This document shows positions 17,946 through 25,599 of a stretch of 30,998 nucleotides of DNA, piece after piece. The notes beneath the pieces are model-generated. The model did no database searches. It was not told where the DNA came from and was given only the letters and a program-made list of their open reading frames with translations. Within the stretch, counting starts at the first letter, position 1. Every line of letters starts with the position of its first letter. A program made the position numbers and the translations under genes. The DNA is taken from contig JBFGLM010000050.1 in NCBI GenBank assembly GCA_041576165.1, positions 1 to 30,998 of the forward strand, read 5' to 3'. This DNA is from Acidimicrobiia bacterium (lineage in GTDB: Bacteria > Actinomycetota > Acidimicrobiia > Spongiisociales > Spongiisociaceae).

Positions 17946-19463
17946 TCAACCGACCCACTCGATGACCGGATCGTCGGGGAAGTTCTCCTCGACATTCACA
18001 ATGATCCGGCGATCCGGGTGAAGCGGTAGCTGCGCGTCGAACAAGCAGTTGAGGACCACCGTGAAGATGTCGACTCCGTGGGCCTCACCCAGCTGCGGGC
18101 AGCGACCGGGGAGTCGAATCGCAGCGAGAGTCGACATCCGCTCGTAGACGTCGTCCTCGCCCCACTCCGTGGTCCGCGTTGTCAGCTGTCCGTGCGAATC
18201 CGGTCCGTGGTCGCTGATCAGCACGATCACGGTGTCGGCCGGTAAGGCGTCGATGAGTTCCAGAACCCTCTGGTTGAAGCACTCCACTTGCTCGATATAC
18301 GCGGCCTTGCGGGTTTCGAGCGATGCTCCCAGGACCCAGGGCGCATAGATGTTAAGCGCCCCCATTTCGGGGCGTCCGTCAATCGAGCAGTCGTTCTTCA
18401 CATGTAACGGAGCGTGCGGGATCAGCGAGTGCAGCAAGGTGAATCTGGGTACCTCGCTTTCCCTCGGCGCATCATCGATTGCGCGCTGCAATTGGGACAC
18501 CGATGCCTGGGAGAAAGCCGATCCGAGAATGGTCGTTGCGAGTGGGCCCAATGGTGTCCGCTGTACCAGCGCCCACGTCGATTCTTCCCATCGCGAGTGC
18601 AGGCACTCGTCCACCATGCGCCCGCACCTGGTCCCACCCCAGCCGCTCTCGTAGTGGACGTAGTCGTAGCCGAATCGGGAGAAGGTGTGCACCAGCCGGT
18701 TTTCGCCGCCCAACGCCTGGTAGAGGGAAACTCGCTCTGCTTTCCCCAGCGCATCACCGGGCTCGACCAGGTGATCCATCGCGAGCGTCGACGCCAGCGA
18801 TGCATAGGTCATCGAGTACTCGGTGGTCGCGTCGTCACGAACCTCGAGCCCACGCCGCGCCAGCGCCTCGACGAAGGGCCGGTTGTCATATCCGTATTCA
18901 GTAGCGAGGACGTCAGCTCGGCCGTAGCCGTCCGCGATGATGAGATAGACGTCGGGCTTCCGCTGGACGGGTTCCAGATCCACAGTGGGCTGGTCGAAAA
19001 CCAACGGCCGGGTTCCGGCAACCGCCGACACAACATTGACGACGCCGACCAGCACGGAGACACCAAGCACGACGAGCAGGACCAATCGAGCACTCTGGGA
19101 CGCCAGGAGCCGGAACACGGCCATGCCGACCGCCGCTGCGATCAACAAGCCCAGCGCCGTATCGATGCTGGGAGCCGCCGCCGGCATCACGGTACCGCGC
19201 AGGTCTTGCCAGTTGGCGAAGACCAACAGAAACCCGACGCCGGCCGGCCACGCCGGTCGGCGTCGGTCGAGCAAACCAACCAGGAAAGAGAAGGCAAAAC
19301 CCGTCAAGACGAGAGCCAGGCACCAAGCCAGCGTGCCGGTGAGGGACGGTCGCTTGTGGTAGGTGGCGGTGAGAAAAGCCAGAGCCGGCGCGGCGGCAGC
19401 TGCGCTCAAAGCCGCCCATGCCGCGACCCTCTGGCGATCGGGCCGGACAGAGATGTCATTCAT
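17946..19463 (-). CDS. Membrane-anchored alkaline phosphatase/sulfatase-superfamily enzyme (paralog 1)
   Basis: Multi-TM N-terminus; LIIADGY, SMTYAS, HSLIPHAP, ISDHG; ATGA overlap with the upstream gene. Confidence 0.82.
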   Translation of the reverse strand: MNDISVRPDRQRVAAWAALSAAAAAPALAFLTATYHKRPSLTGTLAWCLALVLTGFAFSFLVGLLDRRRPAWPAGVGFLLVFANWQDLRGTVMPAAAPSIDTALGLLIAAAVGMAVFRLLASQSARLVLLVVLGVSVLVGVVNVVSAVAGTRPLVFDQPTVDLEPVQRKPDVYLIIADGYGRADVLATEYGYDNRPFVEALARRGLEVRDDATTEYSMTYASLASTLAMDHLVEPGDALGKAERVSLYQALGGENRLVHTFSRFGYDYVHYESGWGGTRCGRMVDECLHSRWEESTWALVQRTPLGPLATTILGSAFSQASVSQLQRAIDDAPRESEVPRFTLLHSLIPHAPLHVKNDCSIDGRPEMGALNIYAPWVLGASLETRKAAYIEQVECFNQRVLELIDALPADTVIVLISDHGPDSHGQLTTRTTEWGEDDVYERMSTLAAIRLPGRCPQLGEAHGVDIFTVVLNCLFDAQLPLHPDRRIIVNVEENFPDDPVIEWVG

Positions 19464-20842
19464 CGGCGCTTGACGAGGACCAAGTCACGGGTGGCCGAGA
19501 CCGGTCGGGTCTCGACAATCCGGCCGGCGGCGGCCACGCCCCGCTCGAACACCTCCCACGAGTAGAGCCGGTCGTGCTGGTCGAGACCCGCCATCAGCAG
19601 GTCGACCTGCGGATCCGACGGATCAACCCACTCGATGATGGACCACGGTGCGGCGTCCACCGCTGCCCGCACGACTCGCTCCAGCGGAACGGCTCCAGTG
19701 ATTGAGAGATGATGAATCACCGCCAGCCACATGGTCATCTGCGGGCGGTCCCGATCTGCCCAGGCGAGGCGCTCCGCACCCTGCCAGCCTCTTGGGCCCG
19801 ACGGGTCAAGCAGTTCGAGGACGGCCGCAGTCGCGGTGGACCCGCCGGTCTTGAACCGCCGGTAGAGAGCATCAACCGCTGCGGGATCACGATCGATACC
19901 CACAACGATGGAGAAGTATTGGCTGAGGATTTCGGTGAATTCGCCGTCATTGGCGCCGAGGTCCCATGCGAGATCTCCGCCCCCGGTGAGAGCACAAAGA
20001 TCGTGCACCGCCGAGCGTTTGGCAGCCGTTTCGTCATCCTGATAGGGCCGGGTCGACCCATAGGATGCCCACTCTGTCTCCAATCGCGAGCTCAGCTTGC
20101 CCACGAGACGCCGCATGGATTCCACGTTCTTGATAACCACTTCAACTGGCAGCTGGGTCTGCGCACGGACGGCGCGGCGCCGATCAGATCCATAGTCGGC
20201 CACCGACTTGTCGAGCCGTGCCCGTAGCTTCACGTGCTTGGCCACGCCGGGCTTGAACCATCCACCGAAACCCATGAGCTTGGCCAGATGAACGATCGGA
20301 ATTCCTTCGAGACTGCCTCGCAGCCAGGATTGAAACGGGATTTCGAGGTACGACTGGACCATGAGCGGCGCCAGGAAATGGTCACAGAATTGGGCGTAGC
20401 CGCGCCAGTGGCCGGAGAAGCCGGCGGCGAACGATCCAGCATCGACGAACACGGGGTTAGTCCCACTGAACACCACGTTGTACGCCGTCGCATCTTTGAG
20501 CTCGATGCCTGCTTCCAGTGCCCGTTCGGTGATCTCCAGCATCACAAGCGCCGCATCGCGCAACATGAGAAATGACCACTCGTACGGGTACGTGATCGGC
20601 CGGACGAGGTCGGATTCCAGCACCAGCGCGTCTTCCATGCCCGCCGGGGGTGCCTGATCGGATTCAACCGTTCGAACCATCAAACCATCTTCGATGAGGC
20701 CCGCAATGAGGCCCGCGTTGGATGCCGCCTCCCAATCGCGGCGACCACGGTGATCCAGCGCTCTGAAGAGCCGGCCGTCGCGGACGAAGAGACGGGCATG
20801 TGGATCTCGGAAAGAGCCGTCCGCAATGGTCAGCGCGGACAT
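19460..20842 (-). CDS. NoeA-like protein: kinase-like N-terminal domain plus class I SAM methyltransferase
   Basis: GSFRDP, YPYEWSF, LKDATAYNV, FVDAGSF in the N-terminal half; WDLGANDG, GIDRD, LAVIHH, IIEWV in the C-terminal half. Confidence 0.8.
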   Translation of the reverse strand: MSALTIADGSFRDPHARLFVRDGRLFRALDHRGRRDWEAASNAGLIAGLIEDGLMVRTVESDQAPPAGMEDALVLESDLVRPITYPYEWSFLMLRDAALVMLEITERALEAGIELKDATAYNVVFSGTNPVFVDAGSFAAGFSGHWRGYAQFCDHFLAPLMVQSYLEIPFQSWLRGSLEGIPIVHLAKLMGFGGWFKPGVAKHVKLRARLDKSVADYGSDRRRAVRAQTQLPVEVVIKNVESMRRLVGKLSSRLETEWASYGSTRPYQDDETAAKRSAVHDLCALTGGGDLAWDLGANDGEFTEILSQYFSIVVGIDRDPAAVDALYRRFKTGGSTATAAVLELLDPSGPRGWQGAERLAWADRDRPQMTMWLAVIHHLSITGAVPLERVVRAAVDAAPWSIIEWVDPSDPQVDLLMAGLDQHDRLYSWEVFERGVAAAGRIVETRPVSATRDLVLVKRR

Positions 20843-20847
20843 GAGTC

Positions 20848-20991
20848 TCAGCCGGCGGAATCAGACTGCCGGCTGAAGCGCGCCTTTATCGATTGCCATC
20901 GCATCTTTACGAAGATGCCAAGCCCTGCGATGCCACCCAACAGCATTTGCAGGATGAGTCCGCCTGTGCCTGAATCGATGTACCCAAACAT
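20848..20991 (-). CDS. 47-aa single-TM 'YIDxGTG' small protein
   Basis: MFGYIDSGTGGLILQMLLGGIAGLGIFVKMRWQSIKARFSRQSDSAG: hydrophobic helix plus basic tail, stop 5 bp before the NoeA-like ATG. Confidence 0.75.
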   Translation of the reverse strand: MFGYIDSGTGGLILQMLLGGIAGLGIFVKMRWQSIKARFSRQSDSAG

Positions 20992-21029
20992 GATGGAAAC
21001 TGAACCAGTCTCTCGCGTCTTCGCCCACG

Positions 21030-21057
21030 TCATCGGCGTCGACCTTTCCCCCCTTGA
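21030..21057 (-). promoter_or_regulatory. Sigma-28 (FliA/WhiG)-like promoter
   Basis: Minus strand TCAA-N16-GCCGATGA in the intergenic region, about 40 nt before the small-protein ATG. Confidence 0.55.
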
Positions 21058-21120
21058 CCTATTCATCGGCTGTGGACCCTGGAGAACAGTACCGTCGTGC
21101 TCGTTGATAAGTCGGAGCTT

Positions 21121-22404
21121 TCACGTGCTGCCCGGAGCGACAGAACGCAAGGTGGGCTTGACAGCAGTGACTGCTCCACGTGCAGCAGCCCAAATTGCGG
21201 CTGACAACACAACACCCATTGTGAAGGTTGTCAAACCGACGATCAGGGCCTGTGAACTCGGGGCAAGGCCCGGAAGGAAACGCCCGATCGTCAGTAGCAT
21301 CACCCAGATTGCCGACAATCCGACTGGGATGCGCTCGCGAGAGACGCTCAGCACGTGGGCGACGCAGGGCAAACCGACGGCGACGTAATGTTCCCACGAT
21401 ACAGGTGCTCCGAGTACAGACAGAGCCAGCGCCAGGGCTATCGCCGAGTCGAATGCGCGACGCTGGCGGAGAAACCACAGGAATACCCCGGTTACCAACA
21501 GCCACGACACGAGTCCTGCCAGCTGCGGCGTGAAGCCGAGGCGACCGATCATCAACGACAAAGACCCATTCCCGCTGAACCTGATCCAAACGGAGGACGT
21601 GCGGGACAAACCATCTAGCGCCTGCTGCGGCGAAATAGTGAACAACGCCAGCCCGACTGCGTTCAGCGTGACGAACGTCGCCAGTGCGCTGCCGACCGCA
21701 CGCCAACGACGAAATGCGACTAGCGGAACCAGCGCGAGAAGAGGAAAGAGCTTCAGGGTCGCTGCCGTGCCGATGAGTATGCCGGCGCTCAGATCTGCTC
21801 CTTTGCGCAGCCAGCTCCATCCGACCGTGAGAGCGAACGCAATGACCAGCGACTGAGTGCCGTAGAAAACTCCCGTATGGATCTGGCCGGACACCACGAC
21901 GATGATCAGCGCCACGACCATCCACCAATGCGGAACCTCGAACATGTCGCGAGCCACGACAAGCGTCCCGGCGGCCGATATCGCCGAGACAGCCAACATG
22001 ATCAGGAACCACGTCTCTGGCGCGACAAGTAAGGCAGGCAGCGACAGCACCATGGCGCCGGGAACACGGGGATGGACATACTCGACCGGAGTATCGGTAT
22101 ATAGCCATGCAGGCACATACGGCTGTTTCAGTTGTTGGGAAAGCTCGCGCAGGTCCCTGTAAGGATCGAGCCCATCGACCGCTGCGCGGGTGACCAACCA
22201 GTCAGCCGTCGAGTCGGCGTACTGGTGGCGGGGCACACCACGAAACTCGTCCGGCACAAGCTGCACCCAAGTCAGGCCGATCAGCAACGCGCCGACCACC
22301 ACCATGACGCGCGGGTCGACGCGTTCGATCAGACGGCGGCCAGTCGCTGCGCGTTCTTCTAAAGACACCGTCGTTGCTTTCCGTATCACGCTGAGAGAGG
22401 ACAT
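21121..22404 (-). CDS. GT87/DUF2029-like membrane glycosyltransferase
   Basis: TAD...AAVDGLDPY first loop, YGTQS, ATLKLFP, NGSL, APVSWEHY; polytopic. Confidence 0.8.
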   Translation of the reverse strand: MSSLSVIRKATTVSLEERAATGRRLIERVDPRVMVVVGALLIGLTWVQLVPDEFRGVPRHQYADSTADWLVTRAAVDGLDPYRDLRELSQQLKQPYVPAWLYTDTPVEYVHPRVPGAMVLSLPALLVAPETWFLIMLAVSAISAAGTLVVARDMFEVPHWWMVVALIIVVVSGQIHTGVFYGTQSLVIAFALTVGWSWLRKGADLSAGILIGTAATLKLFPLLALVPLVAFRRWRAVGSALATFVTLNAVGLALFTISPQQALDGLSRTSSVWIRFSGNGSLSLMIGRLGFTPQLAGLVSWLLVTGVFLWFLRQRRAFDSAIALALALSVLGAPVSWEHYVAVGLPCVAHVLSVSRERIPVGLSAIWVMLLTIGRFLPGLAPSSQALIVGLTTFTMGVVLSAAIWAAARGAVTAVKPTLRSVAPGST

Positions 22405-22460
22405 CGGTAGTCCCCAACCCACACCAAAGCTATATGAGCTCTCGGCCCAACTACTAGCGG

Positions 22461-23558
22461 ATGAACGGACCCGTCATCCCGAACACACACCGGAAGCCCG
22501 GGATCGCACGCTGGCAGTTCTGGCTGGTGTTGACCGTGGTCGTGACCGCAGGGGTCCAGTTCAGCATCGCGTCGGCATTTGGTGACCCGGCGGCCTTGCT
22601 CCACGCCGGGAAGGACTACCCGGCCAGCGAATTCTTGCAGGAGGAACTCGGTGAGGTTCCTCTCTTCCCCAGCGTCGGCCACGACGGCCAGGCCTTCTAC
22701 GTCATAGCCCGCCAGCCGTTCGGCGGTGACGCCGCCGCGCTTCTGGACGACCCCGCGCTGCGGTATCGACGCTGGCTGTTTCCGGCACTTGGGGGCCTGT
22801 TCGGAACCCTCCCTCCGACCGCCGCCGTGCTGGGCCTGGCCGTACTGAGCGCGGCCGGGATGGCGCTGGCCGTCGTATCGGTGCTGCAGCTCGCACAGCA
22901 CGACGGCTCGAACCGATGGTGGCCGGTGCTGGCGGTCTTGCTGAACCCGGGTTTGTGGTGGGCGGTCTCGCTGTCGACGGCCGACGCCATGGGAGTTGGG
23001 CTGGCACTGGCGGCGCTGGCGGCCTACCGAGCAGAGAGGTGGGGGCTGACGGCCGGGCTCCTGACCGCGGCCGTGATGACCAAGGAGCAGTTTTTGGTGG
23101 TGGCACTCGCCCTGGCGCTGGCCGCGTTCCGAGCGGGCCATTCCCGGCGTGCTGTCGCATTGACGGCACCCCCGATCGCCGCGCTGGGCTTGCTCACGGC
23201 GTTCTTCACGGCCCGCTTCGGCGGACCTGGGACTGTGGGCGAGAACCTGTCACTTCCGTTCCTGGGCCTGGTCGCGGGTGTGACCAAATGGCCTGAGTTC
23301 GATCGGTTCAATGTCGCATTGGCGGTGTTCGCCCTGACCGTCGTCATTGCTGCCGCCGCACTCGCCTGGTCGATCCGGGACCGGCCGCTCCGCTACTTGT
23401 TGATTGGATGGACCGCCATGGCGCTCATATCCGGGGAAGTCATCTGGATTCTGGGCAACAACGTGAGCCGCGTCTTGGCGATGCTCCCGCCGCTCGTGGC
23501 CCTCGCGCTGGTGGAGGTCGGTAAGGCCTCGGGGGTCACCGATCGGCACCGGCGCTGA
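22461..23558 (+). CDS. Polytopic membrane protein, putative GT-C-fold glycosyltransferase
   Basis: GHDGQAFYVIARQP, YRRWLFP, NPGLW, TKEQ, ENLSLPF, LGNNVSRV; paralog of 12311-13390. Confidence 0.65.
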   Translation: MNGPVIPNTHRKPGIARWQFWLVLTVVVTAGVQFSIASAFGDPAALLHAGKDYPASEFLQEELGEVPLFPSVGHDGQAFYVIARQPFGGDAAALLDDPALRYRRWLFPALGGLFGTLPPTAAVLGLAVLSAAGMALAVVSVLQLAQHDGSNRWWPVLAVLLNPGLWWAVSLSTADAMGVGLALAALAAYRAERWGLTAGLLTAAVMTKEQFLVVALALALAAFRAGHSRRAVALTAPPIAALGLLTAFFTARFGGPGTVGENLSLPFLGLVAGVTKWPEFDRFNVALAVFALTVVIAAAALAWSIRDRPLRYLLIGWTAMALISGEVIWILGNNVSRVLAMLPPLVALALVEVGKASGVTDRHRR

Positions 23559-23594
23559 GGAGCGAGCCACCCCCAACTGTTGCGCAGGACGGCG

Positions 23595-25586
23595 TCACCG
23601 CCCCCCTGCCCATATTTCGGTTCGATATATCCCAGACGCTCTGGGCGGTCCCGCCAGCGTCCTCAGCCAGCCCCGAGCAGCAATCTCGTGCAGCAGCTCA
23701 GAGCCCCGACCCAGTTCGGACGGGTGAGCGGACAGGAACAGGACGTCTGATCCCTGCTCGCGGGCGTCTTGGGCGAGCCGCTCCCGCGCCTGGTTGGTGA
23801 CCGGCGCCGGCACTGCCGCCGCCGGGATATCACACCAGGCCATCAACGGCGGGCCCAGCCGTGGGAAGAGCGCCGTGTCATCTCGCCGGTCAATGAACAC
23901 GACTGCTGTGTTCTGTGGGATACGATCGCACAGGTCCAGGAGCAGCGACGCCGATCCCCTCAGCTCGGCAGTCGACCACAAGGGGCGCGTGGGGGTCAGC
24001 ACCGACAAAATCAAGACCGCTCCGAACAGTACGGCCGCCATATAACTGGATGAACCTCGCAAGCCCATGCGCCGCCACAGCACCTGCGCGAACCACACCG
24101 CCAGGATGGCAACGCCCGGGAACACCACCGGCAGGAAACGGCGGCTGGCCCAAATGTGGTCGGGGTTGATGGAGGGACGGAAAAGAAACACGGCCGTGGT
24201 TACGAAGAAGAGGCTGAGTGTCACCTTGAGCGCAGCGGCGCGCGGCCGCGTGGCAGCGGCGTATATGGCTGCGAGCGTTCCCGCCAGCCCGGCCGCCAGC
24301 GTGATCCAGCCGAAGTACCACGCGATCCAACGGGCAGACAGCTCCGCATAGGTGCGGGTCGGTTGGTGCGGAAGACCTTCCCGCAGCTGGATCTCAGCGA
24401 GGCCGTAGGGGTCACCCACCGCGGCGACCAGAGACGGCCTGATCGCAAGCATGTAGACAGCCAGCGCAAACACGATCGCCACGGCGGTGGCCGCCGCGGA
24501 TGGGCGGCTCAGCAAGTTCTGGACGGACGCAATCGGCTTGCCCTGTAACACGTGAGCCGCACCCACCAAGACCACCGTCAGTGCGATCAAGCCCCAGAAT
24601 CGCACACCCAGGTCGCGAAGGTAGGGCTGCGAGAATCCGGCGAGATCCACCACACCGAGAGCGGCGACAGCGCAGAAAGCCAGCAGGGAGTCGCGAACAG
24701 TGCGCCAACCGCGCGACCCGGGTGACAACGCCAGCCACAGCAGGCCAGCTGCGAGGCCGACGCCCAGCAACCAGCCATCGACCCGGACGAGGGCCGCACC
24801 GCCGAGAGCCGCTCCGGCATAGGCACCCGAACCGGCGTCCGTCAGCGCGTGCACGAGCAGCCACCCTCCCGCCACGGCCAGCAGCAAGGCGAGCGTCTCG
24901 CTCATCGCCGAGCGCGCAAGGTAGACAAACGGCAAACTCGCCGCGACGAGGACCGTTGCAAGAAGCGCCCAGCACGGCGTAACGAAACGGCGGGCGAGCG
25001 CGAACAACGCAGTCAAGGCCAATCCGCCGACAACGGCGTTGATCGAGTGAATGGCGGACACTCCGATCAACTCACCGATCACCGCGTACAGGGCGCTCGA
25101 CGAGTGCAGGAACTGCTGTGCGTAGGTCCCGTCAGGTCTCAGTTCGAAGCCGGGGGCGTCGAGACTCAGCTGCGAAGCGTCCACCGGTCCCCGCGCGGCC
25201 TGGGGGAACAAATCCAGACCGTCGACCAGAAACCTGGCAGTCGTCGTGTAGGTCCCGCCGTCCCGACCGGTCAGCATGTGCTCCGAGTGATAAACCGCAT
25301 TCGACGACACCGAGGCCGCAATCACCAGCACAAGGGCGCCGAACACCACCCACGAAACGGCAGGCCCCGGGCCGACCAGGCGGGAAGGGAGACGCGGCGC
25401 CAGCCAGACCGTGATCCCTAGTACGAACGGGACGATCCAGATTGCCCGGTGATTTCCGGTCATGGCGGCAATCAGCGACACCATCAGCGCCACAACCGTT
25501 CCGACTGTGCCCCATCCCACCACCCGGGCGACGATGCGCGCCGCCCGCGAGTTGTCTACTTCGGCTTGTGACGCGAGCGCAGTCAA
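23595..25586 (-). CDS. Large polytopic membrane protein, putative GT-C (ArnT/PMT-like) glycosyltransferase
   Basis: GRDGGTY first-loop Asp motif, MSETL, VRVDG, WASRRFLP, soluble C-terminal domain; TTG start uncertain. Confidence 0.6.
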   Translation of the reverse strand: MTALASQAEVDNSRAARIVARVVGWGTVGTVVALMVSLIAAMTGNHRAIWIVPFVLGITVWLAPRLPSRLVGPGPAVSWVVFGALVLVIAASVSSNAVYHSEHMLTGRDGGTYTTTARFLVDGLDLFPQAARGPVDASQLSLDAPGFELRPDGTYAQQFLHSSSALYAVIGELIGVSAIHSINAVVGGLALTALFALARRFVTPCWALLATVLVAASLPFVYLARSAMSETLALLLAVAGGWLLVHALTDAGSGAYAGAALGGAALVRVDGWLLGVGLAAGLLWLALSPGSRGWRTVRDSLLAFCAVAALGVVDLAGFSQPYLRDLGVRFWGLIALTVVLVGAAHVLQGKPIASVQNLLSRPSAAATAVAIVFALAVYMLAIRPSLVAAVGDPYGLAEIQLREGLPHQPTRTYAELSARWIAWYFGWITLAAGLAGTLAAIYAAATRPRAAALKVTLSLFFVTTAVFLFRPSINPDHIWASRRFLPVVFPGVAILAVWFAQVLWRRMGLRGSSSYMAAVLFGAVLILSVLTPTRPLWSTAELRGSASLLLDLCDRIPQNTAVVFIDRRDDTALFPRLGPPLMAWCDIPAAAVPAPVTNQARERLAQDAREQGSDVLFLSAHPSELGRGSELLHEIAARGWLRTLAGPPRASGIYRTEIWAGGR

Positions 25587-25599
25587 GACCGAATCCCGA

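Noticed and set aside
16284-19463. Calling the paralogs true arylsulfatases
   Set aside because: No C/SxPxR formylglycine motif; Thr occupies the presumed nucleophile position.
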